From the IMG/VR virus record IMGVR_UViG_3300027377_000018: a stretch of DNA of 64,000 nucleotides, one strand, 5' to 3'. The position numbers were made by a program, and so were the translations under genes. Under the pieces are notes generated by a model. The model was given only the letters and a program-made list of their open reading frames with translations, had not been told where the DNA came from and did not search any database. Origin of the DNA: a virus. Shown in pieces: positions 50,581 through 59,888 of this stretch (position 1 is the stretch's first letter; each line of letters begins with the position of its first letter).

Positions 50581-50876
50581 CACTTGCCCCCCTGTTTCTT
50601 GGCGATGGCGTCCAGGGCGTTGTCGGCCCCGACCGCGCCATTCTTGCGCGCCATGTCGTAGATGCGGCGCAAGGCGTCGATCTCGGCGTAAAGGGCGGAG
50701 GACTTCGCTTGCAACGCCAACTGAGCAAACGCGATGTCGTCGATCGACGCCGCCTCGATGGGTTTGATCACCTCCTCCTGGCGATCACCGAGCGCAGGGA
50801 TGCGGATGCTGTCGGGAATGTCAGCGAGGAAGCAATTGTCTTCGCGCAAGCGATCCAGCTTGGTCTTGGCGGTCAT
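50580..50876 (-). CDS. Hypothetical phage protein
   Basis: ATG 50876 (MTAKTKLDRL...), overlapping stop/start junctions on both sides. Confidence 0.6.
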   Translation of the reverse strand: MTAKTKLDRLREDNCFLADIPDSIRIPALGDRQEEVIKPIEAASIDDIAFAQLALQAKSSALYAEIDALRRIYDMARKNGAVGADNALDAIAKKQGGK

Positions 50877-51358
50877 TTGGACACCTCGTTGTTCAGGGTG
50901 AGTCGGAAGGAGGGTTTGCCGACCCGCACGGTGCGGGCACCCTCGAAGGCCGAACGAATGTGATCGGGCCAGGCGGTGAACTTGCGTTCGGGAACCCTGA
51001 AGGCGATGTCGACATACACGGTAGGATCGTCCCCTTCGGCGCGGATGCGCTCGGCCAGGGCGGCCAGCTGGGTCTGGTCCCAATCGACTTTCTTCGGAAG
51101 ATCGGCGACTACCGTCACTGGCCCGTCATCGAAGCGAATGGTGCCGGTGTCCTTGCCGGCCTCCCGGCGCAGGGACTGGGCGCGATCGGCGTAGCGCTGA
51201 GCTATGGCGCCCTCGATCCAATCCCTAGTCGCCTTGGCGGCACGCAGGGCCTCGTCCGCCTCCACCTGCAACAGCGCCAACTGATCGGCGGGCAGATCGG
51301 CGATCTCGCCGATCGGCATGCGGTGAAGGTCCTTGAGGGTGAGAGTGTTGGAGATCAT
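50873..51358 (-). CDS. Hypothetical phage protein
   Basis: ATG 51358 after GGAGG; RREAGKDTGTIRF...LPKKVDWDQ. Confidence 0.7.
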   Translation of the reverse strand: MISNTLTLKDLHRMPIGEIADLPADQLALLQVEADEALRAAKATRDWIEGAIAQRYADRAQSLRREAGKDTGTIRFDDGPVTVVADLPKKVDWDQTQLAALAERIRAEGDDPTVYVDIAFRVPERKFTAWPDHIRSAFEGARTVRVGKPSFRLTLNNEVSK

Positions 51359-51368
51359 CGCCGCCTCC

Positions 51369-51578
51369 TCACGCCATCTTCGGCGTCGGCTGGTCGGCAG
51401 TGCTCTCGCGAAGCTGGGTCGCCTCGAACTCTTCAACGTCCTCGAGCCGATAGACGACGCGGCCGCCAATCTTGATGTAACGGGGGCCTTCCCCCGACCA
51501 GCGCCAGCGCTCGAGCGTGCGGTGGCTGATGTTCCAGCGAGCGGCGAGCTCGATCTGGTTCAAATGTCTGACCGTCAT
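51369..51578 (-). CDS. MerR/AlpA-like HTH (excisionase/Cro-like)
   Basis: LNQIELAARWNISHRTLERWRWSGEGPRYIKIGGRVVYRLEDV. Confidence 0.85.
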   Translation of the reverse strand: MTVRHLNQIELAARWNISHRTLERWRWSGEGPRYIKIGGRVVYRLEDVEEFEATQLRESTADQPTPKMA

Positions 51579-51698
51579 CTGCTTCTCCTTCGGTCTTGGT
51601 CGAAAACCTGCGGAGAGGATGGCAATCGGGCGGGTAGGAACCGGGGAGGAGCGAGGAAGGAGAGAGGGTAGGAATCGGACTTTCGGGCCTCAGAAACG

Positions 51699-51723
51699 AA
51701 AAAAGCCGCCCCAGAGGGACGGC
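51699..51723 (-). terminator. Intrinsic terminator downstream of the RES toxin
   Basis: Minus strand GCCGTCCC-TCT-GGGGCGGC-TTTTTT. Confidence 0.5.
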
Positions 51724-51764
51724 ATTCACGCAGTGGCGCGGATCACCGAAGCGCTACGGACCCA

Positions 51765-52457
51765 TCAGATGTAGGCTTCTTCGAATTCGACCTCTGGCTC
51801 GGGCGATCCCGTCCAGGTGAAACGATAGCGCGCGCTCTTGCGAACGTTGCCGACGAGCGCGGGGCGGAAGCATGCGAGGCAGACCCCATCGTTGTGGCGC
51901 ACGCTGGGATAGATGATCCCGGACGCCCGCTCTCCAAGAAGGGTCTCGGCGAGCAACTGCGATTCGACGTAGCTGTCCGGGTCGAGGCATTTCTCGTAGG
52001 TCGCGTCCCCCCGAATGTCGTGGTACTCCCCGCCGAAATCCGCGAGATAGTCGTCGTAAGTAACGCTCTCCTCCAACCAGTCGATTTCAGCGAGTTCGAC
52101 CGACTTGTGCCAGGCGACCTCCGCTTGCGACGTTTCGAGCTCAAACCCGGCATACCAGGCGCCGCGATCCGGACCGTTGAATCGGCTGCCGAGCGGGTGG
52201 GCATGCGAATAGGCCGCGTTGATGATGCGGTAATGGGGAACGCCAAACACCAGCTCATCGATGCCGATGCCTGGCAGTCGGTCGTTTTCGGCGAGCAGGC
52301 GGTCATTGGTCGCGTGGTCCAGATCGAAGATGCCACGAAGGTGGTCATCATCGTCGGCGATCCGGACGAGCACGCTTTCTCCGCCCTCACTGTACTTCGA
52401 GGGAATGAGCCGGTGCGTGTCGAGCTGCCGGATGCGTGTTACGGCGGGACTGCTCAA
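51765..52457 (-). CDS. RES-domain toxin
   Basis: THRLIPS (R), GAWYAG...ETSQAEV (E), GIIYPSVRH (S). Confidence 0.85.
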   Translation of the reverse strand: MSSPAVTRIRQLDTHRLIPSKYSEGGESVLVRIADDDDHLRGIFDLDHATNDRLLAENDRLPGIGIDELVFGVPHYRIINAAYSHAHPLGSRFNGPDRGAWYAGFELETSQAEVAWHKSVELAEIDWLEESVTYDDYLADFGGEYHDIRGDATYEKCLDPDSYVESQLLAETLLGERASGIIYPSVRHNDGVCLACFRPALVGNVRKSARYRFTWTGSPEPEVEFEEAYI

Positions 52458-52891
52458 TGACCGCCCCGCCGTGCATCCAAAAGTCTGCGTACCGTCGCAA
52501 ATGCCGGCAACCCGCCCTGCATGAAATACTCATGCGGCGTTATCCCGCCGAAGATCCTGTTCTTGTTCGGCAGTTGCATCCAGCGGTCCGCCAACTCCTC
52601 GCTGTAGAGGATGTTCAGCGCCTTGAAGATGCCGACGAGATAGGAGATCCGGCGAAGCTTATCCTCGTCGAGTGCCCGGTCGCCCCCTTTCTTGAGAGCG
52701 TAATAGGCACCGTTCGAGATTCCCCCAAGCAGCCGGCGGGCATCGTCGTCACGAATCTTCCAATGGGCCATGATATTGAAAAAGGCGCGCATGGCGTCCG
52801 AGCTGAGCCGCTCGCGTTCCGTTCGATCAGATAGGTCGATCAGAGGCGCGACCTCATAGCGTGTCGCAGGATAGGCTTGAGTGACCGGCAT
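52454..52891 (-). CDS. Xre/MbcA/ParS antitoxin
   Basis: RRISYLVGIFKAL...WMQLPNKNRIFGG..P...VRRLLDARRG; overlaps the toxin start. Confidence 0.85.
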   Translation of the reverse strand: MPVTQAYPATRYEVAPLIDLSDRTERERLSSDAMRAFFNIMAHWKIRDDDARRLLGGISNGAYYALKKGGDRALDEDKLRRISYLVGIFKALNILYSEELADRWMQLPNKNRIFGGITPHEYFMQGGLPAFATVRRLLDARRGGH

Positions 52892-53020
52892 AGTTTCCTC
52901 CATTAATGGAGAAAATATAACTCCAAATATGGAGAATTGCAAGCCTGTCGATACGGTGTGAAAAAGCTTTCAGAATCAGATAGCTAGACTAGCGCCCCCC
53001 AGATTGGGAGGCAGATGCCC

Positions 53021-53968
53021 TCAGAGCGAAAACCGGCAGCGGCCGTGTTGCTCCTCGATGAAGTCACGCCAATCGGTACGCTTGGAGAACGCCTTGGCGA
53101 GCGTATTGACGCTGTCACTATACCCGGCGGCCTCCAGCACCTCCGCGGTCAACCGCTCGGGCTGGCCGGATTGCCAAGCCTCGAACAGCTGGCGAATGAC
53201 GGCCCGCTGCTTTGAACCAGAGAACGAATAGCGTTTGCCGTGAACGGTGACCGCGGCGCCGTCCGCCGCCACTGTCATCGGAGCGTCGTCCGCTCGCGAT
53301 CCCGATGCGATCCTCGCGGCCAGAAGCTCAGGATCGGCCGCGAGACCAATTTGGTCGGCGACATCTCGGACGGCAATAAGCGAATGCCCTTGGAAGACAT
53401 CCGCTGGAAGACGGTCCGCCGGCGTCAGACTGAGAACGATCCGCAGCCCAGGTGCCGGTCGTTCCCGAACGGCGTCGCCGAACCGCTTCCAGACCGCCGG
53501 ATCGCCAAATCGTCGGCCGATCCAAATCGGCACGCGTTTGCCGCGGCCTGGCAGTCGTACCTCCCCGACCTCCCAAAAGAGATCGGTCACGAGAATGGCA
53601 CGGTGGGCCCGCGGCTGCAGATCCAACTTCTCCAACAGACGATCGAACAGCTTATCGAAGTCGACGCCAAACAGCGTCAGGCGGTCACCCGGCACAGCCA
53701 CCCAGCCGGCCGTTGGGCTGAAATAGCCATAGCCGCGGTGCTCGGGAGACCAGGTCAGATTGACGGGCTCGTCTTCATGGTCCGCGAGCGAAATGGCCGC
53801 TCGCTGATGGTCCTTCGGCTGAAGCAGGCCGGTGGCCTTCAGCGCCGGAGCCACTGCTTCGAACAATTCGTCGAGAACCGCAGCGGAGACAGCTGCGTTC
53901 GGCGTCTCGACCACCGACAACAAGAAATCGACCGCCTGGCGATCGAGAGGGGGCGCGCTGTCAGTCAC
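53021..53968 (-). CDS. Hypothetical protein with C-terminal winged-helix-like domain
   Basis: 315 aa ORF; C-terminal GKRYSFSGSKQRAVIRQLFEAW...LAKAF. Confidence 0.65.
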   Translation of the reverse strand: MTDSAPPLDRQAVDFLLSVVETPNAAVSAAVLDELFEAVAPALKATGLLQPKDHQRAAISLADHEDEPVNLTWSPEHRGYGYFSPTAGWVAVPGDRLTLFGVDFDKLFDRLLEKLDLQPRAHRAILVTDLFWEVGEVRLPGRGKRVPIWIGRRFGDPAVWKRFGDAVRERPAPGLRIVLSLTPADRLPADVFQGHSLIAVRDVADQIGLAADPELLAARIASGSRADDAPMTVAADGAAVTVHGKRYSFSGSKQRAVIRQLFEAWQSGQPERLTAEVLEAAGYSDSVNTLAKAFSKRTDWRDFIEEQHGRCRFSL

Positions 53969-55130
53969 CCCGCAAGATGCCCCAGCGACGCAGGTACTTC
54001 TCGCCGATCAACTGCTCTTCCTCGGTCTGGTCCTTGAGATTGCAGCCATGCGGCATCGTGATCGTCAGCGGCAGGGTCCGTCCCCGCCTGGCCTCGCCCT
54101 TGGGATGGAATTTAATGGTGAGCTTCGACTGCGTCGCGACCCATCCGCCGGCGAGAGGATCACCGGCACCGAACCGCTCGGCCGCCATGCTCCAGATGGA
54201 GCGGTCGGCCTTTCGAAGGCATTCGAGCGTGACCCGTTCCCCGACATTGTCAATGGGCATGAGTCGCAGCTGCTTGACCTCGACGGACTCTATCCCGTCC
54301 TCCGGGTCGGTCGGGAAATCATGGGGCTGCAGCAGAACCGCAAGGTCGTAGGTCCGGAACGGTACCTTTTCGCTCTGAAACTCGATACCGAGGAGGTCGC
54401 GGGCCATGAACCGCACCATTTCCTCGCGGCTCTCGCGATCGTTGGCTACGACCTCGATGACCCCAGTTGCCGGTTCGTAGGTCATCGCCGCCTCGAACAC
54501 CGGACGCCGGGCGCGGCGAACCAGGGTACCGCCCTCGTCAAACGCCAGGAAATCGTCCAGCAGCCCCTCACGGTAGACCGCGATCTGCACCAGCTCGCAA
54601 TCCTCACCATCGAAGGTCGGGCGACACCGTTCGAAAATATCGACGTGGACGTTATTGGCGGAGAACTGCTCGCGCAGCGCAGCCTTGAAGGCCTCGAGGG
54701 CGGCCTCATCGCGGCGCAGATCGAGGTTCGGGGTGCCGATGAACCCATCCCAACTGCGACCGCGGCGCCGTTCATCGGTGTAACGGACCTCCTCGGCATG
54801 GCGGAACCGGATCGGTTCGTTGAGGAACATCCAGAGCGCGCGGGCATGACCGTTGGCGAGATCATCGAGAACCGAACGATCATCGACCACGCTGTAGAGC
54901 GCGGTCTGGCCGGCGTCGTCGGCCAGGCCGCTGACGCGGTCCGAATCGTTGATGACCCGGGCCCGGCCTTCGTCGCTCATTTCATCGACGGCGCCGAGCA
55001 CGCCCCGGACCACATCTGGCTCCGCGGCATCCCAATCCACCGGCGACGGCAGCTCGATTCCGGTGTGATCGAAATAGGCCTGCAGCGACGAAGCAGGCAT
55101 GTTGCGGATGAAACTCGTCACTGAGGCCAT
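53961..55130 (-). CDS. Hypothetical protein (389 aa)
   Basis: Long ORF with GGAG RBS, coupled to the next gene. Confidence 0.7.
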   Translation of the reverse strand: MASVTSFIRNMPASSLQAYFDHTGIELPSPVDWDAAEPDVVRGVLGAVDEMSDEGRARVINDSDRVSGLADDAGQTALYSVVDDRSVLDDLANGHARALWMFLNEPIRFRHAEEVRYTDERRRGRSWDGFIGTPNLDLRRDEAALEAFKAALREQFSANNVHVDIFERCRPTFDGEDCELVQIAVYREGLLDDFLAFDEGGTLVRRARRPVFEAAMTYEPATGVIEVVANDRESREEMVRFMARDLLGIEFQSEKVPFRTYDLAVLLQPHDFPTDPEDGIESVEVKQLRLMPIDNVGERVTLECLRKADRSIWSMAAERFGAGDPLAGGWVATQSKLTIKFHPKGEARRGRTLPLTITMPHGCNLKDQTEEEQLIGEKYLRRWGILRGD

Positions 55131-55142
55131 ATTCAGTTCTCC

Positions 55143-55382
55143 TTAGCCCTTGATGTTGCGCGGGTCGTTGCCGTGCGAATCGGACTGCGCGATCCGACCG
55201 TCACGATTGTGGATCTTGAACTCGGTGCCGGCGTTGCGGCTGAGTTCGCGCCCGCGGTCGACCGCCTCCCGCTTGGTGTCGAAATGCCCGCTCGACCGGT
55301 CTGCGCCGCCGCGGCGGACGTCCCAGCCGCCGCCTGCGTTCGGAACGACATGATGTGTCCCCGTACCTTTGCTTTTCGCCAT
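55143..55382 (-). CDS. DUF2188 protein
   Basis: HVVPNAGGGWDVRR...HFDTKREAVDRGR...IHNRDGRI...SHGNDP. ATG 55382 after GGAGG. Confidence 0.85.
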   Translation of the reverse strand: MAKSKGTGTHHVVPNAGGGWDVRRGGADRSSGHFDTKREAVDRGRELSRNAGTEFKIHNRDGRIAQSDSHGNDPRNIKG

Positions 55383-55500
55383 GATGGCCTCCGTGATTTC
55401 GTAAAAGCGATAAATCGGGTTCGTTCTTGCGAACTTCCGCGAAGATAAGGGTTGCCTGTATGGCATGTCAAGGACTAGATGTATTGTGATAACGAACCAA

Positions 55501-55845
55501 CAGCGAATCAGGAGGTTACCGGTGCCAACACCCTTGGGAGACCGCGTCCGAGAGCTCAGGCAGAAAAGAGGTCTGACCCTGGAAGCGCTGGCTGACCGGG
55601 TCGGTTCAAGCAAAAGCTATATGTGGGAGATCGAGAACAAGGATGTGGCGCGCCCATCTGCCGAAAAGCTGCATCAGATTGCCGTGGCACTCGAAACCAC
55701 GACGGATTACCTGCTCGCGGCTGAAGAGGTGACCGAGGCCAACGCCGACGACGCCGCCTTCTTCCACAAGTACCAGAAAATGAAGCCGAGGAGCAAAGAA
55801 CGTCTTCGAGAAATGCTGAAAATCCTGGACGACGAGGATGAATGA
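55501..55845 (+). CDS. XRE-family HTH repressor
   Basis: LGDRVRELRQKRGLTLEALADRVGSSKSYMWEIEN; divergent from the early leftward operon. Exact start uncertain. Confidence 0.88.
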   Translation, partial: QRIRRLPVPTPLGDRVRELRQKRGLTLEALADRVGSSKSYMWEIENKDVARPSAEKLHQIAVALETTTDYLLAAEEVTEANADDAAFFHKYQKMKPRSKERLREMLKILDDEDE

Positions 55846-56774
55846 GCGATAGCGGAAGGAAAACGCCGAGACGGGCAGCCAATGACCTGACAGTTCTTCT
55901 CCGAACCGTATTGGGAGAGGACCGATTCCCTGTGGATGTGGAAGCGTTGGCGCGCGAGGTCTCCCGTAACAACGAGGACCCGATTGCGACCATCAAGGGC
56001 GTCGAAATCGACGGATTCGAGGGCTTGCTGCGTGCGCGACGCAAGAAGCCCGGCTGGCAGATTCTCTACAACACGCAGCCTCGCTATCGCGGTCGCGAAC
56101 GATTCACTCTCGCCCACGAGTTTGGCCACTACCTTCTCCATCGACGCCCCCTGACAGCCGACGACTATGGTGATGGCGCGCTGTCCGACGGCTTTGATTT
56201 CGAATGCCTGCCCCTTCGGGCCAACGAGTGGATGGACGCGGAAAAGGAACGCGAGGAGGAGGCGGATACCTTCGCCTCCTACCTCCTGATGCCGATCGAC
56301 GACTACCGGGATCAGGTGAATGGCGAAGAGATGACGCGGGGGTTGCTCGACCATGTGACCGACCGATACGGCGTGTCCCTTCTGGCCGCGGTTCGTAAGT
56401 AGATCGAATTTACCGACACCCGCGCGGCCATGGTCGTCGCGCGTGATGGCTTCGCCCTCTGGGGCCGCGCAAGCACCGCCGCATACAAGACCGGCGTCTT
56501 CGTCCGCTCGGGCATGGCAATTCCCGACGGATCAATCGCCGCATTGGGTCCCGCGGCGCAATACACCGAAGATGACCAGGCAATCGCCTTGCCTGCGGGC
56601 GTATGGACATTCAGCCGGGGATCCGAACCCGTTCGCGAACTGACGATCTTCTCGGAACGCCTTGGCATGTCCGTTTCTCTGCTGCAGTTCGAGAAGGGCA
56701 CGCCTGTTGCCGAAATCGATGACGAGGAACCGTGGGACACCTATGACCAATTCCTCGCTGGTGGGCAGTCATGA
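55842..56774 (+). pseudogene. ImmA/IrrE-family metallopeptidase with in-frame TAG at 56400-56402
   Basis: RERFTLAHEFGH (HExxH), EEEADTFASYLL. ORF 56430-56774 is in the same frame, and the junction reads AVRK*IEFT. Confidence 0.85.
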
Positions 56775-57280
56775 CCAATTCGTCGACACCACCGGGTGAG
56801 ATCGGTGAGATCCTAGCAAGGGCGAAGCAGGCCGCGGTCGACTACTATCGGCTGACAGGGAAACCACTGGGCATCACGGGCGAGGTTGGGGAATACGAGG
56901 CGGCGCGGTTGCTTGGCCTCACACTCGCCGACGCCCGAGCGCCGGGATATGATGCGACCGACGAGGCCGGCGTTCGCTACCAGATCAAAGCCCGTGCGAT
57001 TCCCGTGGCCGGGCGCAGAAAAAGCCAACGGCTCGGCTCCATTAAGCTGGATCACGACTGGGACGCTGTCCTTCTGGTCTTGATGGACGAGGCCCTTCAA
57101 ACACTGGAGATCTGGGAGGCAGAGCGTAGCGTGGTTATCGAGGCACTGACCACCCCAGGCAGCAAGGCACGGAATGAGCGCGGCGCCTTGGCCGTCTCCA
57201 AGTTTAAACAGATCGGTAGACAGGTTTGGCCTGGGGAGGAAAAGGAGGCAGTACGCAACGAAGGGAACTCAGGGCCATGA
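56771..57280 (+). CDS. Orphan PD-(D/E)XK-like nuclease (copy A)
   Basis: GEVGEY...PGYDA...YQIKAR restriction-endonuclease-like motif. Confidence 0.6.
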   Translation: MTNSSTPPGEIGEILARAKQAAVDYYRLTGKPLGITGEVGEYEAARLLGLTLADARAPGYDATDEAGVRYQIKARAIPVAGRRKSQRLGSIKLDHDWDAVLLVLMDEALQTLEIWEAERSVVIEALTTPGSKARNERGALAVSKFKQIGRQVWPGEEKEAVRNEGNSGP

Positions 57281-57469
57281 ATGATGTGGCTACCCGAACG
57301 CCTCTGGTAGGCAGTGACCAATCCGAAATGGAAAATTGACGGTCTCGGCATCAGCGCTCTTGGTGAACTCGTGGGTTGGGCATTGCCAGATCGGTTCCCA
57401 CCAAGAAACGGACGCACATCGAAGGCTCTGAAATCACTCGGCTTTGATGCCATGATCCATATTGAATGA
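57281..57469 (+). pseudogene. C-terminal gene remnant
   Basis: Reads WLPERLW*AVTNPKWKIDGLGISALGELVGWALPDRFPPRNGRTSKALKSLGFD..*, protein-like but lacking a full N-terminus. Confidence 0.4.
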
Positions 57470-57601
57470 CAAAAATGCTATCCTCGAGCGCGCATCCGAA
57501 ATCTACGGAGATACGATTGTGATTCATGGTCAGCGAATTCGAATTAGTTCCAAATCTTAGTGTTGGTATTTGAAGGTGCTTGGATTTTGAGGGGAAACAA
57601 A

Positions 57602-59234
57602 ATGGGCAGATACATCGTTACGGATTTAACCAGATTTTCTAACCCTGAAATCGTTTGTACCGCAGTGATCGATATGGATACGGGACAGTGCCTTAGAGTC
57701 CGATTCAAAAGTTCATGTGAGATAACAGCATGTTATGAGTCTTCTGGTCACGAGTCTGATGCTGGCGATGTTGACCCATGCGATGGCGGTTTCGGTGGAC
57801 TTCTCCCAATCCTTTGCGAGCCTGCGGCATCGGTTGAGCCAGGCGAATGTGCGCTCGACCACCCACCGCCGGGGCAAGACCTCGAAGCCTCTTGCGTTCT
57901 CGGGGCGTTTGACGATCTCTACCGTCCAGTCGCCAAGCCTGTCCAGCGCATCGCATAGTTTTGGCCCGGCGTAGCCGCCATCGGCGAAGACATGACGCAG
58001 CCAGGGAAACCGGTAACGGATGGCTTTGATGGGGCTTGGCGCGCCATCACGGTCCTGGATATCGGCGGCATGGACGATGACGAACAGCATCAAGCCGAGC
58101 GTATCGGTGATGATGTGACGTTTGCGCCCCTTGATCTTCTTGCCGGCGTCATAGCCCCGAATGCCGCCGCTTTCCGTGGTTTTCACACTCTGAGTGTCGA
58201 TCACGCCCGCCGTCGGTTGAGCCTCGCGCCCCTCCAGCTCGCGAGTGGCCGCCACCAGAATGTGGTTGATCGTCTGCCAAAGCCCGCTGTCACGCCAGGC
58301 ATAGAAATAGCCGCGCACCGGGGAGACCGGCGGGAAGTCCTTCGGCAGCATCCGCCACGGTGTCCCACCGCCGGCCATATAGAGGATGGCGTTCATCACT
58401 TCGCGCATGTCCGTCGTGCGAGGTCGGCCGCCCGTCTTCGCCGGAGGAATGAGCGGCGCCAACAACGCCCATTCCTCGTCCGTCAAATCGCTTGGATAGC
58501 GCAGACCGTCCCGGTCATGCTGTCGGCGAGTGACATCATTCCAGGGCATGCATTCCTCCATACCTTCTGAAAAGACGGTTGAATCACATCCCATTGATAT
58601 CACTCAACTACTTTTAAATCAGGCTCTTAGACCAATGCCCTATTTAAAGAGCGATATTGTTCAAAACTTAAACATGCATCCTGGAGCGATTCTGGATGGC
58701 AACATCACGTTAAAACGTGATGTTCATAACCCGCACATTGAGGACGCTTCATATAGCGATTTGAAATACATCGGCCCGGCGTCAACAGCCGACTTCAAGT
58801 CGATATTGGATAGAACATTATCTCCTTCGGTTAGCTCCGGGTTTGGTGTCCAGTTTGAGGCAGGCCAGAAACATATTCCTGTTGGACAACAGGCTGATTG
58901 CTCCATCATCACGATCCAGGTTTCACCAAGTGAATTACGCATTCATGAGGATCAATTTAAGCCTGGGAAAATAAAAGCGACTTTAACCGATAATTCCGGA
59001 CATTCGTATCGATACCTCTCTATAACCGACAGAGGTTTTTTCGACTACGCTCAGAAGCATCAAAACGACGGAAAGCTATCTGAATTGCAGAGATTTCTTA
59101 GATCCCAAGATGAGATCTACCTGAGAATAGGAGTAAGTCGTCAATTCCAAACCGGAGATAGGGATGGGTATTGGCTGCAAGTAAACGGGATTTATACATT
59201 CCCGAATTTTCTTGAAGAAATACGATCTTACTAA
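57602..59234 (+). pseudogene. Putative dual-OB-fold protein split by IS copy 2
   Basis: Removing the IS and one TTA restores 232 aa MGRYIVTDLT...CTAVIDMDTGQCLRPMPY...YLRIGVSR...YWLQVNGIYTF. Confidence 0.65.
57696..58626 (-). mobile_element. IS5 family (IS1031-like) element, 931 bp, copy 2
   Basis: Same IRs, length and identical ORF translations as copy 1; TTA duplication at 57693-57695 and 58627-58629; transposase 57713-58549. Confidence 0.92.
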
Positions 59235-59249
59235 GCAAAAGGAAAACTG

Positions 59250-59888
59250 TTGAACAGGGTGGCAATTCTAATCATGCGGAATGTTGTATATACCGTCGGA
59301 CACTCTACGCACTCGATTGAGTATTTCGTAGACCTATTGACAAAAAATAAGGTCGATGTGGTCGCGGATGTCCGATCGTCCCCCTACAGCAGGTTCAACC
59401 CGCAATTCAACAAAGAAACCCTTGCCGCGTCATTGCGTGAGCACTGTATCAAATACGTCTTTCTTGGAGATGAATTTGGAGCTCGAAGCTTAGACCGATC
59501 TTGCTACATTGATGGCAAAGTTCAGTATGACCGCTTGGCAAAGACCGAGCTTTTTCAATCTGGAGTCGAACGTGTTCGGTTGGGAGTGGATCGTGGTTAC
59601 AAAATGGCACTTATGTGCGCAGAAAAGGACCCACTTGATTGCCATAGGACTGTTCTCGTTTCCAGAAATCTAGAAAAAGTAGGTTTCAATGTTGTCCATA
59701 TACTGAGTGACGGATCAACAGAGACACAGCAGTCCGCAACAGAGAGGTTAGTCAAACAATTCAAACTACATCAAAGTGACCTGTTTCTTTCCGACAGTGA
59801 ACTAGTTGAAAAGGCTTTTAAACGCCAAGAAGAAAAAATCGCATATGCTGAGGCACAGGATAGTTCTCTTAATGAGGCAACCCGATGA
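59250..59888 (+). CDS. DUF488 family protein (long form)
   Basis: YTVGHST, VADVRSSPYS, LMCAEKDPLDCHR. Confidence 0.88.
   Translation: MNRVAILIMRNVVYTVGHSTHSIEYFVDLLTKNKVDVVADVRSSPYSRFNPQFNKETLAASLREHCIKYVFLGDEFGARSLDRSCYIDGKVQYDRLAKTELFQSGVERVRLGVDRGYKMALMCAEKDPLDCHRTVLVSRNLEKVGFNVVHILSDGSTETQQSATERLVKQFKLHQSDLFLSDSELVEKAFKRQEEKIAYAEAQDSSLNEATR

Larger units (their letters stand above)
15060..57280. mobile_element. Lambda-like siphoprophage (probably cryptic)
   Basis: Contiguous lysis, tail, head, terminase, cos, replication and repressor modules in lambdoid order; no integrase within it. Confidence 0.9.

Noticed and set aside
1581-56402. Stop-codon reassignment in the element
   Set aside because: The internal stops are of two types (TAG and TGA), both are also used as normal terminators here, frameshifts co-occur, and no suppressor tRNA is seen.
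15060-57280. Gene transfer agent
   Set aside because: It has replication genes, a repressor, a gpA terminase with a cos site and cargo, which indicates a (defective) temperate phage.
11988-58626. Prophage delivered as a composite transposon
   Set aside because: Each IS has its own TTA duplication and each interrupted gene reconstitutes locally, so the insertions were independent.
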